Below are positions 1-9,659 of a stretch of DNA of 64,000 nucleotides, piece by piece. The stretch is from Amphiscolops sp. MND2022 (Eukaryota). The number at the start of each line of letters is the position of its first letter. The first letter of the stretch is position 1. The position numbers and the translations under genes were made by a program. The notes under the pieces were generated by a model. That model was not told the origin of the DNA. It saw only the letters and a program-made list of their open reading frames with translations, and did no database searches. The stretch lies in assembly GCA_964187785.1 (NCBI GenBank), contig OZ076411.1:52452001-52516000 (forward strand). Reading direction: 5' to 3'.

Positions 1-815
1 GTTGGTCAATGTGTTGATAAAGTGTTGCTGTTATAATATTTCAGCAACATAGTTTGTTGGAGTCTTTTTACACCAATTTTAATTTAAATGAAGAGCATTC
101 CAATTTAGTTCAATTCCGAAGAGGCGTTAACAGCCACTTAAAAACGACTTAAAACAAAAACAATTCAATCCCAAAATAAGTGAAGCAAATTAGATTTCAA
201 GTGAATCTTGTGAAGAATTAACAAACTCTCGGCAGCCAATCAAAAGTTCAGCCAACTCAATCTCAAATTGAAATGAATAGAGAATCACTTTAAATGAAAA
301 TTGCAGAAAGAAAACAAACGTAGCTGTTGTCGATCGCAAAAGAATCGTTCGTCATGGATGAAGTTTTCTTTCTCGCTGCTTACTAGGAGAGTATATTCTC
401 AGCGATTAATTCATTCACATTTGGAATTTAATTCATATGAACCGAAATTGTATTGCCTCGTTTTCCTTCGTTCGTTGCTAGAGCTGACTTTTAAAGTGAT
501 ATTTTTATCAATGTGGAAATATAAAGCGACGCTATGGTTAGGATACGACTCAATTCTATTGGTCAATTCACTTGATGCGTAAACATGCTTCATTTAAAGT
601 AAAATTGGTGTAGTAATTACTGTTAACTTGGAATACGTTATAGTAATTTATTGATCATTCTTTGTCTCTGTAAAGATCTGTAAAATTCTTTTCTGTTTTC
701 CCCCACATATTTTTTGGAAAAATATAGGGAAAAGATTAAAATAAAAAGACTTAGGACTAAATTAGAAACCTTTAATTTAATATTTATTCTATGGATGAAA
801 CTTTAGAATTGGGCC

Positions 816-1311
816 CAGGGGTACCGCAAAAATATTTCTTTTTGGAGATGATGGCCATAAAAAATTATTTTTGGGGCCTTCCATAAAAATAATTTAGTTT
901 TGGGTGAAGGACTATTGCCATAATTTATGGATTTCTGAGAATTATGGCAGCCATTATTTCCACCGTTGCTACCCCCAACATCCAATATTTGTGAAAGGCA
1001 TTTTAGCCGCGCAAAACTGACTTTCGGGCAGTGTCGTCAAAGGTTTTCGCCCATGCACCTTGAAGTCGAACTTTTTCTGTTCGTCAACAAAACGTTTTGG
1101 TACGCTGAGTTAATTTCTACGCTGGTATAATTGTACATGTACTTTTTGTCTCAATGTTCTGTCCTGTGAATTTTTTTCTTGTAATTCCTAAAATATTTGC
1201 CATTATTTATTTTTGTGAGATTATGGAAACAATGTATGGTCAGCTGTCATCCATGAAAATTATTTATGGAAGCTAGAGAATATTATGGAAATTAATTTTG
1301 CGGTACCCCTG
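816..1311. mobile_element. hAT-like MITE (496 bp) with perfect 16-bp TIRs
   Basis: CAGGGGTACCGCAAAA at 816-831 and its exact reverse complement at 1296-1311. Many internal CCATAA/TTATGG motifs. The flanking 8-mers ATTGGGCC/ATTGAGAT match only 5/8, so the TSD is decayed or absent. Confidence 0.7.
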
Positions 1312-1632
1312 ATTGAGATACAAAGTTTGTTCACGTTATATTCCCCTATGAAGTCATGCATTCCAGTTGAAATTTCAAAAGCTTCCTATTTTGAATAACA
1401 ATAAAACTTAATTTTCAACATATTCGCAGTCAAAGTGTGTGAAAATGGGGGGGGGGTAGTAAACTCTTATTTGCGGGGTAGTAAAAATTGCCGAAGTGAA
1501 AATTGCCAAAAATATTTGAACGTTTCCGGAAAGTTCCCTCCAAACCCCGAAGTGTTTTAAAAACAACAACAACTTTGAGTCTCGGCAATTTTCACATCCG
1601 ATAACTAATTATTTGCAATGAGCAAGTAACTC

Positions 1633-3252
1633 TGTCGCAAGCTGCCGCTTGTGACGGGAATTACTATCAAATACCCTCAGTCGACGATTTATCTAACCCA
1701 CCACCAGGAGTGCTCCCTATCTAAACAATACGACAATCGCGGACCGAAGGTACAGACGGCCTCACCCGAATTAATACAAAACAGGAAAATGCAATTAGAA
1801 CTTAAAGGACCTTAGGTCGTTACGGCCTCAACAAACAATTATGTTGAAATTAGTAGTGATAAACTTCATCTTATGTATTTTACCGTTGCTCAACATTATA
1901 GTTAGTTTGTGCTTAATATACCTGTTGTCTGTGATTTGAAATAGTAAAACAATTGATGAATTAGAATTATCAATGTAAAATAATGAATTTGAATGCAATG
2001 TAAAAGTGCAATTAAGCGCAGCAAAGGAAACGTGTTCAAATGTTCCGTTGCTGTAGCTAATTGTACACAGTGTCGTTTGTTATATTATCCAATCAGAATG
2101 GACCAACTATACATTTAGTGACGCCGCGTGGACGTAACGTCCAATACGGCGTAATTGTTCATCACGCTTTATATGATTGTTTTAATAACATGAAGTGTTG
2201 ATACAAGTTAATAAGCATGTAAATAGATTATTTAGATGTGTTAAATCCCCATGCATATAGCCATGTCCCGTTAGCCCCATTACATTAAGATACCGCCTTT
2301 TCTTTGATGCTATTTTTACAATGGTGATGTAATAGTGACGTAATGTCCCTGGGCCTGGACTATACCCTACACAGTGCTATTTTTAGAACGATGACCCGCA
2401 TAATTTTGCGAATCACGCCCACCCAACTATAAATAGCAAGGACTCTAGGGAAAGAGGACAATTCTTTGATAATCACGATACAATTCAGTTGCTTCACACA
2501 CACTACGATATTGTGAAATTTCCAATTGTTTCTGTTGAGTTTATATTGACTGAAGTTCCTTTGTTCATCAATATTTGCAATTGACTTAGAAATCAAGCAA
2601 TTCTTTTCAATGCCTTCAACAAGGAAGCAAAAGGCTAAAGAAAGACGCTCTAGACAATTAGACATCATGTCTGACGTAGAAAATGTTGACATAATGTTAG
2701 GAAGTTATACCAGAGATGATGATGAGAACAATGCTAGTGAAAATGAAGTGAATTTGGATTCAGGGTCTAGCAGGCCATTGCAAAGTTCAAATGTAATAGG
2801 AGAAGATTTTAGGTCTCTACTGAATACAAATAGCAGAGAAAATAGTGAAATCACGATCGAGACTACTAGGCTTATCAACGAAGAAATCTCCAATCAGATG
2901 TCTCGAAAACTCAATGAGATCAAAACTAGCTTGAATTCTCAAATTCAAGAAGCAATTACTAACGCAATAACAAGTACAGTGCTTCCTTCTATTCAAAATA
3001 CACTAGAAATGCAGGGGAGATCAAATTTCACTATGGTGGACCGAAGGTCCAACGGGCTACATCCCAGCCCGCGGTCGACTGAATTCACCATTGAGGACCA
3101 AAGGTCCAGTGGGCTACAACGGAACGCCGAAGTAGGATATTCCCAGAAAACAAAGGGAAATCTCCCCAAAACGTGTTTTACACAGGAAAATAGCAGATTG
3201 AGGTCTAGAGAGAGTTCAATAGACTCTATTAACAGCGAACAAAATCGCGACA
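1633..3252 (+). repeat. 5' LTR (1,620 bp)
   Basis: Direct repeat of 16098-17717 at offset 14,465. Begins TGTCGC, ends GCGACA. The only difference I spotted is G3046 vs A17511. Confidence 0.98.
2428..2435 (+). promoter_or_regulatory. Candidate LTR TATA box (copy at 16893-16900)
   Basis: TATAAATA about 180 nt upstream of the gag ATG. CCAAT-like (~2089) and TGACG motifs (~2119, ~2336) lie upstream. Confidence 0.55.
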
Positions 3253-4376
3253 TGGTGACAGGAGCCAACCCTACCCCACATATGGTTCCTGAGTTTCTCA
3301 CTGGACGTCCCATGCAATCCCGTGAACCCCTGCAACGTCGAAACTCCAACAATGATGAGTCTCAGGAAACAATCCCCCAGGTTTCTGAGACTACAGCACC
3401 TACTACTGGTTCTGACCCCATTAACCGCCTAGCTGAAGTATTGGTTGGCATGAATAACAGACCATCAGCGCAAACACTAATGGTACGTCCTGTCAGCTCC
3501 ACCACGCTGACATTTGACGGCAAGTCAGAGAAATTCGAACTTTTCGAAGATCTCTTTCACACAATGATCAAAATGCAACCAGATATGACTGAAGCCATGA
3601 AAATCAACCACTTTCATTCATTGTTACGCAAATACGCCCTACAAACTTTTCGTAACATTAACACGGCAAACAGGCAAACCTTGGAGGACATCCTGGCAGT
3701 ATTCCGCAGGAAATACGTCAAGCCTGAGTCCCAGGCGACCGCCAAACACAAATGGCACCGATTAGTGTTCGATCCAAACACCATGAAACTGCCCGACTTC
3801 CTTGAAGAACTCAATCAAGGAGCTGAAAAAGCGTTTGGCGAGAACGCCCAGGCCATGATCGATAGCCTCCTTTATGCCAAACTGCCGCCAAAACTGAAAC
3901 GCTCAGTCAATATGGCTAGACTAGAAAATGCGACTTATGAGGAAATAGTTACTCATCTGGAAAGAGAATTAGAACTCAATGGACTTGAGGAGGGTGATGA
4001 CATTCCAGTCCCAACAATGTCTACGGCCCCGACAGCAACACGACCGGGTACAGGCCTTCTTTCCTCTGGAATTGACCCGGGAATTACCTGCAATTATTGC
4101 AAAAAACCAGGTCACACAAAGGATGATTGCCGCAAATTAAAAAGGAAAGAAGAACAAAAACGCAATGACGGCCAGAATACCAGAAAAGAGTATCCAAAGT
4201 GCCCGACTTGTGACAAAACGAATCACCCGGCGGAACGGTGTTGGAAAGGCGCTGGAGCCCACCTCAAACCTAAGAACCTCAAATTAGAGGACTCCAAAAC
4301 TGACGACCCGTCCACTAGTAACAACGATGTCCAACACAAACAAACAACCTCTATCCTGAAAAACCCAAAAAACTAG
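2610..4376 (+). CDS. gag: Gag (588 aa), starting inside the 5' LTR
   Basis: Open 588-aa ORF with a capsid-like region (TFDGKSEKFELFEDLF...) and two CCHC knuckles, CNYCKKPGHTKDDC (4089-4130) and CPTCDKTNHPAERC (4200-4241). Confidence 0.93.
   Translation: MPSTRKQKAKERRSRQLDIMSDVENVDIMLGSYTRDDDENNASENEVNLDSGSSRPLQSSNVIGEDFRSLLNTNSRENSEITIETTRLINEEISNQMSRKLNEIKTSLNSQIQEAITNAITSTVLPSIQNTLEMQGRSNFTMVDRRSNGLHPSPRSTEFTIEDQRSSGLQRNAEVGYSQKTKGNLPKTCFTQENSRLRSRESSIDSINSEQNRDMVTGANPTPHMVPEFLTGRPMQSREPLQRRNSNNDESQETIPQVSETTAPTTGSDPINRLAEVLVGMNNRPSAQTLMVRPVSSTTLTFDGKSEKFELFEDLFHTMIKMQPDMTEAMKINHFHSLLRKYALQTFRNINTANRQTLEDILAVFRRKYVKPESQATAKHKWHRLVFDPNTMKLPDFLEELNQGAEKAFGENAQAMIDSLLYAKLPPKLKRSVNMARLENATYEEIVTHLERELELNGLEEGDDIPVPTMSTAPTATRPGTGLLSSGIDPGITCNYCKKPGHTKDDCRKLKRKEEQKRNDGQNTRKEYPKCPTCDKTNHPAERCWKGAGAHLKPKNLKLEDSKTDDPSTSNNDVQHKQTTSILKNPKN
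3253..3264 (+). promoter_or_regulatory. Primer-binding site, probably tRNA-Leu-type
   Basis: TGGTGACAGGAG directly abuts the LTR end. It matches 11/12 to the complement of the vertebrate tRNA-Leu(CAG) 3' end as I recall it (TGGTGTCAGGAG). tRNA identity is inferred. Confidence 0.8.
4367..4373 (+). other. -1 programmed ribosomal frameshift slippery heptamer A-AAA-AAC
   Basis: X-XXY-YYZ heptamer in the correct gag phase, directly before the gag TAG (4374-4376). The pol frame is -1 relative to gag and open from 4322 (TAA at 4319-4321). Confidence 0.85.
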
Positions 4377-4378
4377 AT

Positions 4379-7300
4379 TTGCCACGACTCCAATTTAACG
4401 AAAAACTTCGTGTCCGACAATATATAATTTCAGACCCTTCAAACATATATTATACTGAATATTATACCTCTCTTAAAGAAACATCATCAGCTGACTGGCA
4501 GCAGCAGATGAAGACTCCTCCTACCTCTCACACCAATTTGGACCCTATGTCCAACAGACTACAAAACAATACTACCACTATACGACTTATACCCCTTGTT
4601 GATGACTATAACCCATACTACCAGGACCCAGATTATGGTTTTGACCCCTACTGGGACGCTAATTGCTACAATCAACATCATCTATACTTCTACCGTAATT
4701 TCAACAAACCAATTCATAATAGAGAACCAGACTCTTATGAAATTGACCGAGCCTTGAATATGGCTCTTGTGAAAGCCAAGGTCGATCCATGGCAACAAGA
4801 CACACCACCGAGCGTTGAAGTCACTCATACTGAGATGGACGATGAATCTCACCGTGCAGGACCACAGGTCCCACTGGCCACAACAGTGGCTGCCCGTTTT
4901 GTAAACACCTTAATCACAAGAACAGGCGAACCAGACTATGTTCCGCTGACAACTAATCTCGGCCTCAAATACAAGCGACGAATGCTCTATTTTCCGATGG
5001 ATTTTGGCGAACTAACATTAGATGGCCTTGTAGACACGGGAGCTTTATCTAGCGCGATCCCAGAAGCTGATCTACGTAAAATCCGATTACTAGCCCCTCA
5101 GTCGATTGTCAAAGAGGGCCCAGCTCCTGGCTTCCAAATTATGGTAGCTAATGGACAGCTGGAGACTCCAAAGAGCACTGTCGAACTGAAGTTTGAAGTC
5201 GGCGATATTGAATTTCACGAAATATTCATAGTCATGGAAAAACTCACCAGTCCATTGATTGGTCTTTCGTTCCTTCAGAGGAACAACACCATTCTGGATA
5301 TGCGACAAGGTGTCCTGAATTTCCCATTCTTTTCAATGCAGCTAAAAACTGCAGATCACAAATACACAAACGTCATGGAACCCATTTGCATTAGAGAGGA
5401 TGTGACCATCCCACCTAATGACCGACACACGGTCCACATGGCTTCACAACTGTACGAGGATACTACAGTTACCGGGATCCTTCAACCGAGCAACACCCTT
5501 ACCGATGACGGCGATATTGCTTTCTGTGCTGCTCTAGTTACATTGACCAATGGTCAAGTATCCGTTCACCTGAACAACTTTACCGACAGTCCGTATACCC
5601 TCAAAAGAGGTACACAAGTTGCTAATTTCACTGTCCTCACGCCGGAACAGATGAAATATGTCAAACCTATTGACCCGGTGACCACATGGCACCTTTTGCA
5701 GGACAATCCTGAAAATGCCGCTTTCTATGCAAGCAGCTTGATCAAATCTACTAAACCTGAGGACTTCAAGGAAAACTACTGGTTTCCAACACCAGAAGAC
5801 CCTGGGGACCCTCAGCATCACACGCCAATCCAGCAAAGGATTTTGTCTGAACTTATCAACCTTCAGGAACTAGAGAAACTCAATCCTCAGGATGACCCTG
5901 AGTCCAGACGACAATTCTTGTCCAATTTTGACTGGACAGACTCTATGCTCCAACCTACCGAAATAGCTCGCATAGAGGACCTACTTGTCGAGTTTCATGA
6001 TATCTTTGCCAGACATCGCTTCGACATAGGTATGAACGAGGACTTCAAGGTCAAATTGACACCGAAAGATGATTCCCCGGCCTATAGTCAAAGCTTGCCA
6101 ACGCCAATAAATCTCAAGGAGGATATCCTTGTAGAATTGGCCCTACTACATCGCTATGGGATTATTACGACTCTACCATTCTCCAAATACGCAAGTCCAA
6201 TTTTTGCTCAAAAGAAACCTAATGGTAAATTGCGACTTCTGGTCGATTTGCGCAAAATCAACAATTTGATTTCCGATGACTATATAAACAACAACCATCC
6301 AGTGAGTACCCTCACAGATGCAGCCCAACATATGGCCGGGAAAAAACTGTTTTGCAAGTTGGACTGCTCGCAAGCATATCATTGTCTACAGATGGCTGAC
6401 CAAAGGTCCATCGAAATGCTTGCTTTTAACTTTGCCAGCAGAACCTTCGCGTACAGAAGACTAGCACAAGGTCTCAGCAGAGCCCTATCGGCCTTTTCTA
6501 GCTTCATGCGCGAATATTTGGACAAAGTCATCAAAGCCGACCAGTGCGCCCAATATGTCGATGATATTGGAATAGCTGCTAATGACGCCGAACAGCTCAT
6601 TAACAACCTTAGGGCCACGTTCCAATGCATTCAAAAAGCTGGACTGAAACTTACAATGCACAAATGCCACTTTGGTGCAACGGAAATTGACTTTCTGGGG
6701 CGTACCATCACCCCTGTTGGAGTGAAGCCGCAGAGACCACGGGTCCAAAATTTCCTAGAAAATACGAAATTTCCGAAATCAAAGAAAGCACTTCAACGTT
6801 ACTTGGGATTCCTGAATTACTACAGGAATTATATCCCAAGGCTGTCAGAAAAACTATCACCGTTTTTCAAATTGCTTACTAAAGACGAAAAAGTCCTGGT
6901 AACGCCGGACCTCCTGGAAAAATTCACCGAAATAAACAAGGCTCTTGACCGATGTTGTGAACTGGCACTCAAACAACCCTTACCGAACAAGCAAATAGCG
7001 CTCATGACGGACGCCAGCTTTTCGGCCGCAGGGTACGCAGTTCTCATCGAGGACGATCCACTTGAGAAATATACATCTACGAGAAAAGCTTTCGCACCAG
7101 TAGCTTACGGATCCAAGACCTTTAGTCCTACCCAATTGAAAATGTCCATTTACGCCAAAGAATTCCTAGCAATTTTCTTTGCCTTTAAGGAATTTGGACA
7201 TATATTTTGGGGAACCCCTAAACCGGTGATTATACTTACAGACAACAAATCAGTCACAAGATTTTTTCAAACAAAAATCATTCCTCCAACACTATGGAAC

Positions 7301-9481
7301 GCATGTGACTATGTCATCCAGTTCAATTTCACCATTGCTCATATACCAGGCAAAAACAACACTGCCGCAGACTATTTGTCCCGACTCGAAATTTCCCCAA
7401 AAGAAAAACTAATCCTCAAGATACGAGAGGATATTCCAACTACCCCAATAGAACTCCATGTCCAATCGGCGGGAGTGTCTGAGGAGGAACAAATTTTCTA
7501 CACGGAAGACGACGACGAGACGGAAGAACAAATCTTACAACGTAAAAAGAATGCTAGAGACCATCCAGCAAATCAATTACCAGACATCTCTTTCGAAAAA
7601 TTCACTACACACAAAAGCGACTATCACAAAATGACAACAATTCAAAAACTAACCAACATAAATTCCATAGCTGTAGAACAGAACAACGACGTCATTTTGC
7701 AACAATTACGACTTAAAATTCTGAAAGAAAACTACTCAGAGACCATATTAATGCAAGACAATCGATACCAACATTACTGTCGCCAAATGGACCGACTGTC
7801 CGTCACGGATGAAATTATCACCAGGCACTATTTTGATGAAACAGGAGCCGTCAAATACAATCAAGTGCTTTTACCAAAGCATTTAGTTACAGAACTCCTC
7901 GAATCACTACACGGAAAAGCAAATAAGCACCCAGGAATATCCAAGATGCTCATCGAAATTCGACAAAAATATTATTATCCGGGAATTGCAAAAATTGTCA
8001 AAAAATGGGTCCAAGGATGTGAAATCTGCATCAAAGACAAGAGAATTCCAAACTCATCTATTACCCCTGAACTCCTTAATTTGCCTGAATGGGACTTAGG
8101 ACCAGAAGACGCAATGCAAATTGATTTGCTACCGAATTTACCACCAAGTGGCGGATATGAAAACATCATCACCGCAATGGACGTATTTTCAAGATATCTT
8201 TTTGCGTACCCAGTTACGGACGCAACGGCCACAAATACGGCAAAGGTTATTATTGATATAATGACCAAGCACACCTACTTGCCAACTACTTTGATTACAG
8301 ACAAAGGTACGACTTTTACGTCCAAACTGGTAGCCGAAATCGCTCAAATTTTAGGAATTCAAATAAAATGCGCTACTACAAAACACCCACAAACAATTGG
8401 TAAACTTGAACGAACACATGCTAGTCTCAAAACGAATTTGAAAATGGCCTCAGGGGACTACAGGCGACAATGGCATAAATATTTGCCTCTAGCTGTTTTA
8501 AACTACAACACGACTTATCATGCCACCTTAGGCTGCGAACCGTCCAGAATTTTTCATGGACGCATTCCCTATAATATTCTGGATCATAAATTGGGCCTTA
8601 ATCCGAACCCGAAGGTCCTTCCGACTACAGACTTTGCAGATGAATTTCAGCGACGTACGCAAATATTACTCGACTCAACGAAGAAAAACATCATGCAATC
8701 CTACTTGAAATATAAAGAATATTATGACCGAAAGGCAAAAGCGGCACCTTTGAAGCAAAACGATTACTGTTTCATATTACAACCTATTGCTGATCACCAA
8801 GGATCAAAAATACCATTTCGGGAATACAGGTGGGTTGGACCATACGTCGTCGAAAAGGTCTTACCTAACGAAAACTATATAGTCAGGAAACTCAACTCCA
8901 ATAAAACGCAAATTCTACATCGGATCAGATTGCGCAAATATGAACCGAATACCGTCCTACAAGACGTTAGACCGGAAGGCAATTTACAGCCGGATGATGA
9001 AATTATCATTCCGCAAGATGACCTATATGTAATAACGTGGGAAACCGATTTTGGAGAATTTCCCAATTCCGCAGAAAAAACTACGATTCCTACAAATTTA
9101 GACCACAATAATACTTCCAATAGCCCTGTGAGTAACGACAGGCCGCCAGACGAAATTTTCACTGATGTGGACCTCCGGTCCACCGGGCCTCACCCTAGTG
9201 AGGGCGCGGAGCCACCCGACGTAAATTTCACCGACGCGGACCTTGGGTCTACCGGGCCACACCAAAGTGGTGATTCAGACCGGACTGGAAAAACATGCTC
9301 AGATCGCTCAAATGAAGAGATCAATGATCAAAAATCATCAGGAGGGAGCGATACTATCGTGCCCGAAGTATTAGATGATGAAAACAATGATGTGATTGTA
9401 GACAATGAAAGCCCTAGGGGAGGAAAATATAACCTTCGTCCTAACCCCACCCCCAACTTCACTGATGAATACAGATACTAG
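4379..9481 (+). CDS. pol: Pol polyprotein (protease, RT, RNase H, integrase with GPY/F), probably made as a Gag-Pol fusion
   Basis: Protease LVDTGA (DTG 5033-5041). RT YVDD (6554-6565). RNase H TDAS...EFLA...TDNKS. Integrase H-H-C-C zinc region, IDLL/TDKG/ERTH core and WVGPY. No stops over 1,700 codons; frame actually open from 4322. Confidence 0.97.
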   Translation: MPRLQFNEKLRVRQYIISDPSNIYYTEYYTSLKETSSADWQQQMKTPPTSHTNLDPMSNRLQNNTTTIRLIPLVDDYNPYYQDPDYGFDPYWDANCYNQHHLYFYRNFNKPIHNREPDSYEIDRALNMALVKAKVDPWQQDTPPSVEVTHTEMDDESHRAGPQVPLATTVAARFVNTLITRTGEPDYVPLTTNLGLKYKRRMLYFPMDFGELTLDGLVDTGALSSAIPEADLRKIRLLAPQSIVKEGPAPGFQIMVANGQLETPKSTVELKFEVGDIEFHEIFIVMEKLTSPLIGLSFLQRNNTILDMRQGVLNFPFFSMQLKTADHKYTNVMEPICIREDVTIPPNDRHTVHMASQLYEDTTVTGILQPSNTLTDDGDIAFCAALVTLTNGQVSVHLNNFTDSPYTLKRGTQVANFTVLTPEQMKYVKPIDPVTTWHLLQDNPENAAFYASSLIKSTKPEDFKENYWFPTPEDPGDPQHHTPIQQRILSELINLQELEKLNPQDDPESRRQFLSNFDWTDSMLQPTEIARIEDLLVEFHDIFARHRFDIGMNEDFKVKLTPKDDSPAYSQSLPTPINLKEDILVELALLHRYGIITTLPFSKYASPIFAQKKPNGKLRLLVDLRKINNLISDDYINNNHPVSTLTDAAQHMAGKKLFCKLDCSQAYHCLQMADQRSIEMLAFNFASRTFAYRRLAQGLSRALSAFSSFMREYLDKVIKADQCAQYVDDIGIAANDAEQLINNLRATFQCIQKAGLKLTMHKCHFGATEIDFLGRTITPVGVKPQRPRVQNFLENTKFPKSKKALQRYLGFLNYYRNYIPRLSEKLSPFFKLLTKDEKVLVTPDLLEKFTEINKALDRCCELALKQPLPNKQIALMTDASFSAAGYAVLIEDDPLEKYTSTRKAFAPVAYGSKTFSPTQLKMSIYAKEFLAIFFAFKEFGHIFWGTPKPVIILTDNKSVTRFFQTKIIPPTLWNACDYVIQFNFTIAHIPGKNNTAADYLSRLEISPKEKLILKIREDIPTTPIELHVQSAGVSEEEQIFYTEDDDETEEQILQRKKNARDHPANQLPDISFEKFTTHKSDYHKMTTIQKLTNINSIAVEQNNDVILQQLRLKILKENYSETILMQDNRYQHYCRQMDRLSVTDEIITRHYFDETGAVKYNQVLLPKHLVTELLESLHGKANKHPGISKMLIEIRQKYYYPGIAKIVKKWVQGCEICIKDKRIPNSSITPELLNLPEWDLGPEDAMQIDLLPNLPPSGGYENIITAMDVFSRYLFAYPVTDATATNTAKVIIDIMTKHTYLPTTLITDKGTTFTSKLVAEIAQILGIQIKCATTKHPQTIGKLERTHASLKTNLKMASGDYRRQWHKYLPLAVLNYNTTYHATLGCEPSRIFHGRIPYNILDHKLGLNPNPKVLPTTDFADEFQRRTQILLDSTKKNIMQSYLKYKEYYDRKAKAAPLKQNDYCFILQPIADHQGSKIPFREYRWVGPYVVEKVLPNENYIVRKLNSNKTQILHRIRLRKYEPNTVLQDVRPEGNLQPDDEIIIPQDDLYVITWETDFGEFPNSAEKTTIPTNLDHNNTSNSPVSNDRPPDEIFTDVDLRSTGPHPSEGAEPPDVNFTDADLGSTGPHQSGDSDRTGKTCSDRSNEEINDQKSSGGSDTIVPEVLDDENNDVIVDNESPRGGKYNLRPNPTPNFTDEYRY

Positions 9482-9659
9482 TCAGATACGTAAATTACTG
9501 TCCCCCTCTTAAGGAATAACAATATCTTCTCTGGGACTTATCCGACTGATAGACAGATAAATTAATAACACAACAAAGTAAATAATAAATACAAATGAAA
9601 TCGACATCAAAACTTTACACAACAAAGATGTTCATGTTACAATTGTACATTTTGTACAA

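Noticed and set aside
5374-5645. Active dUTPase between protease and RT
   Set aside because: The beta-rich segment (VTIPPND...VSVHLNNFTDSPYTLKRGTQVANF) resembles the dUTPase-like linker common in Gypsy pol, but I cannot find the dUTPase catalytic motifs.
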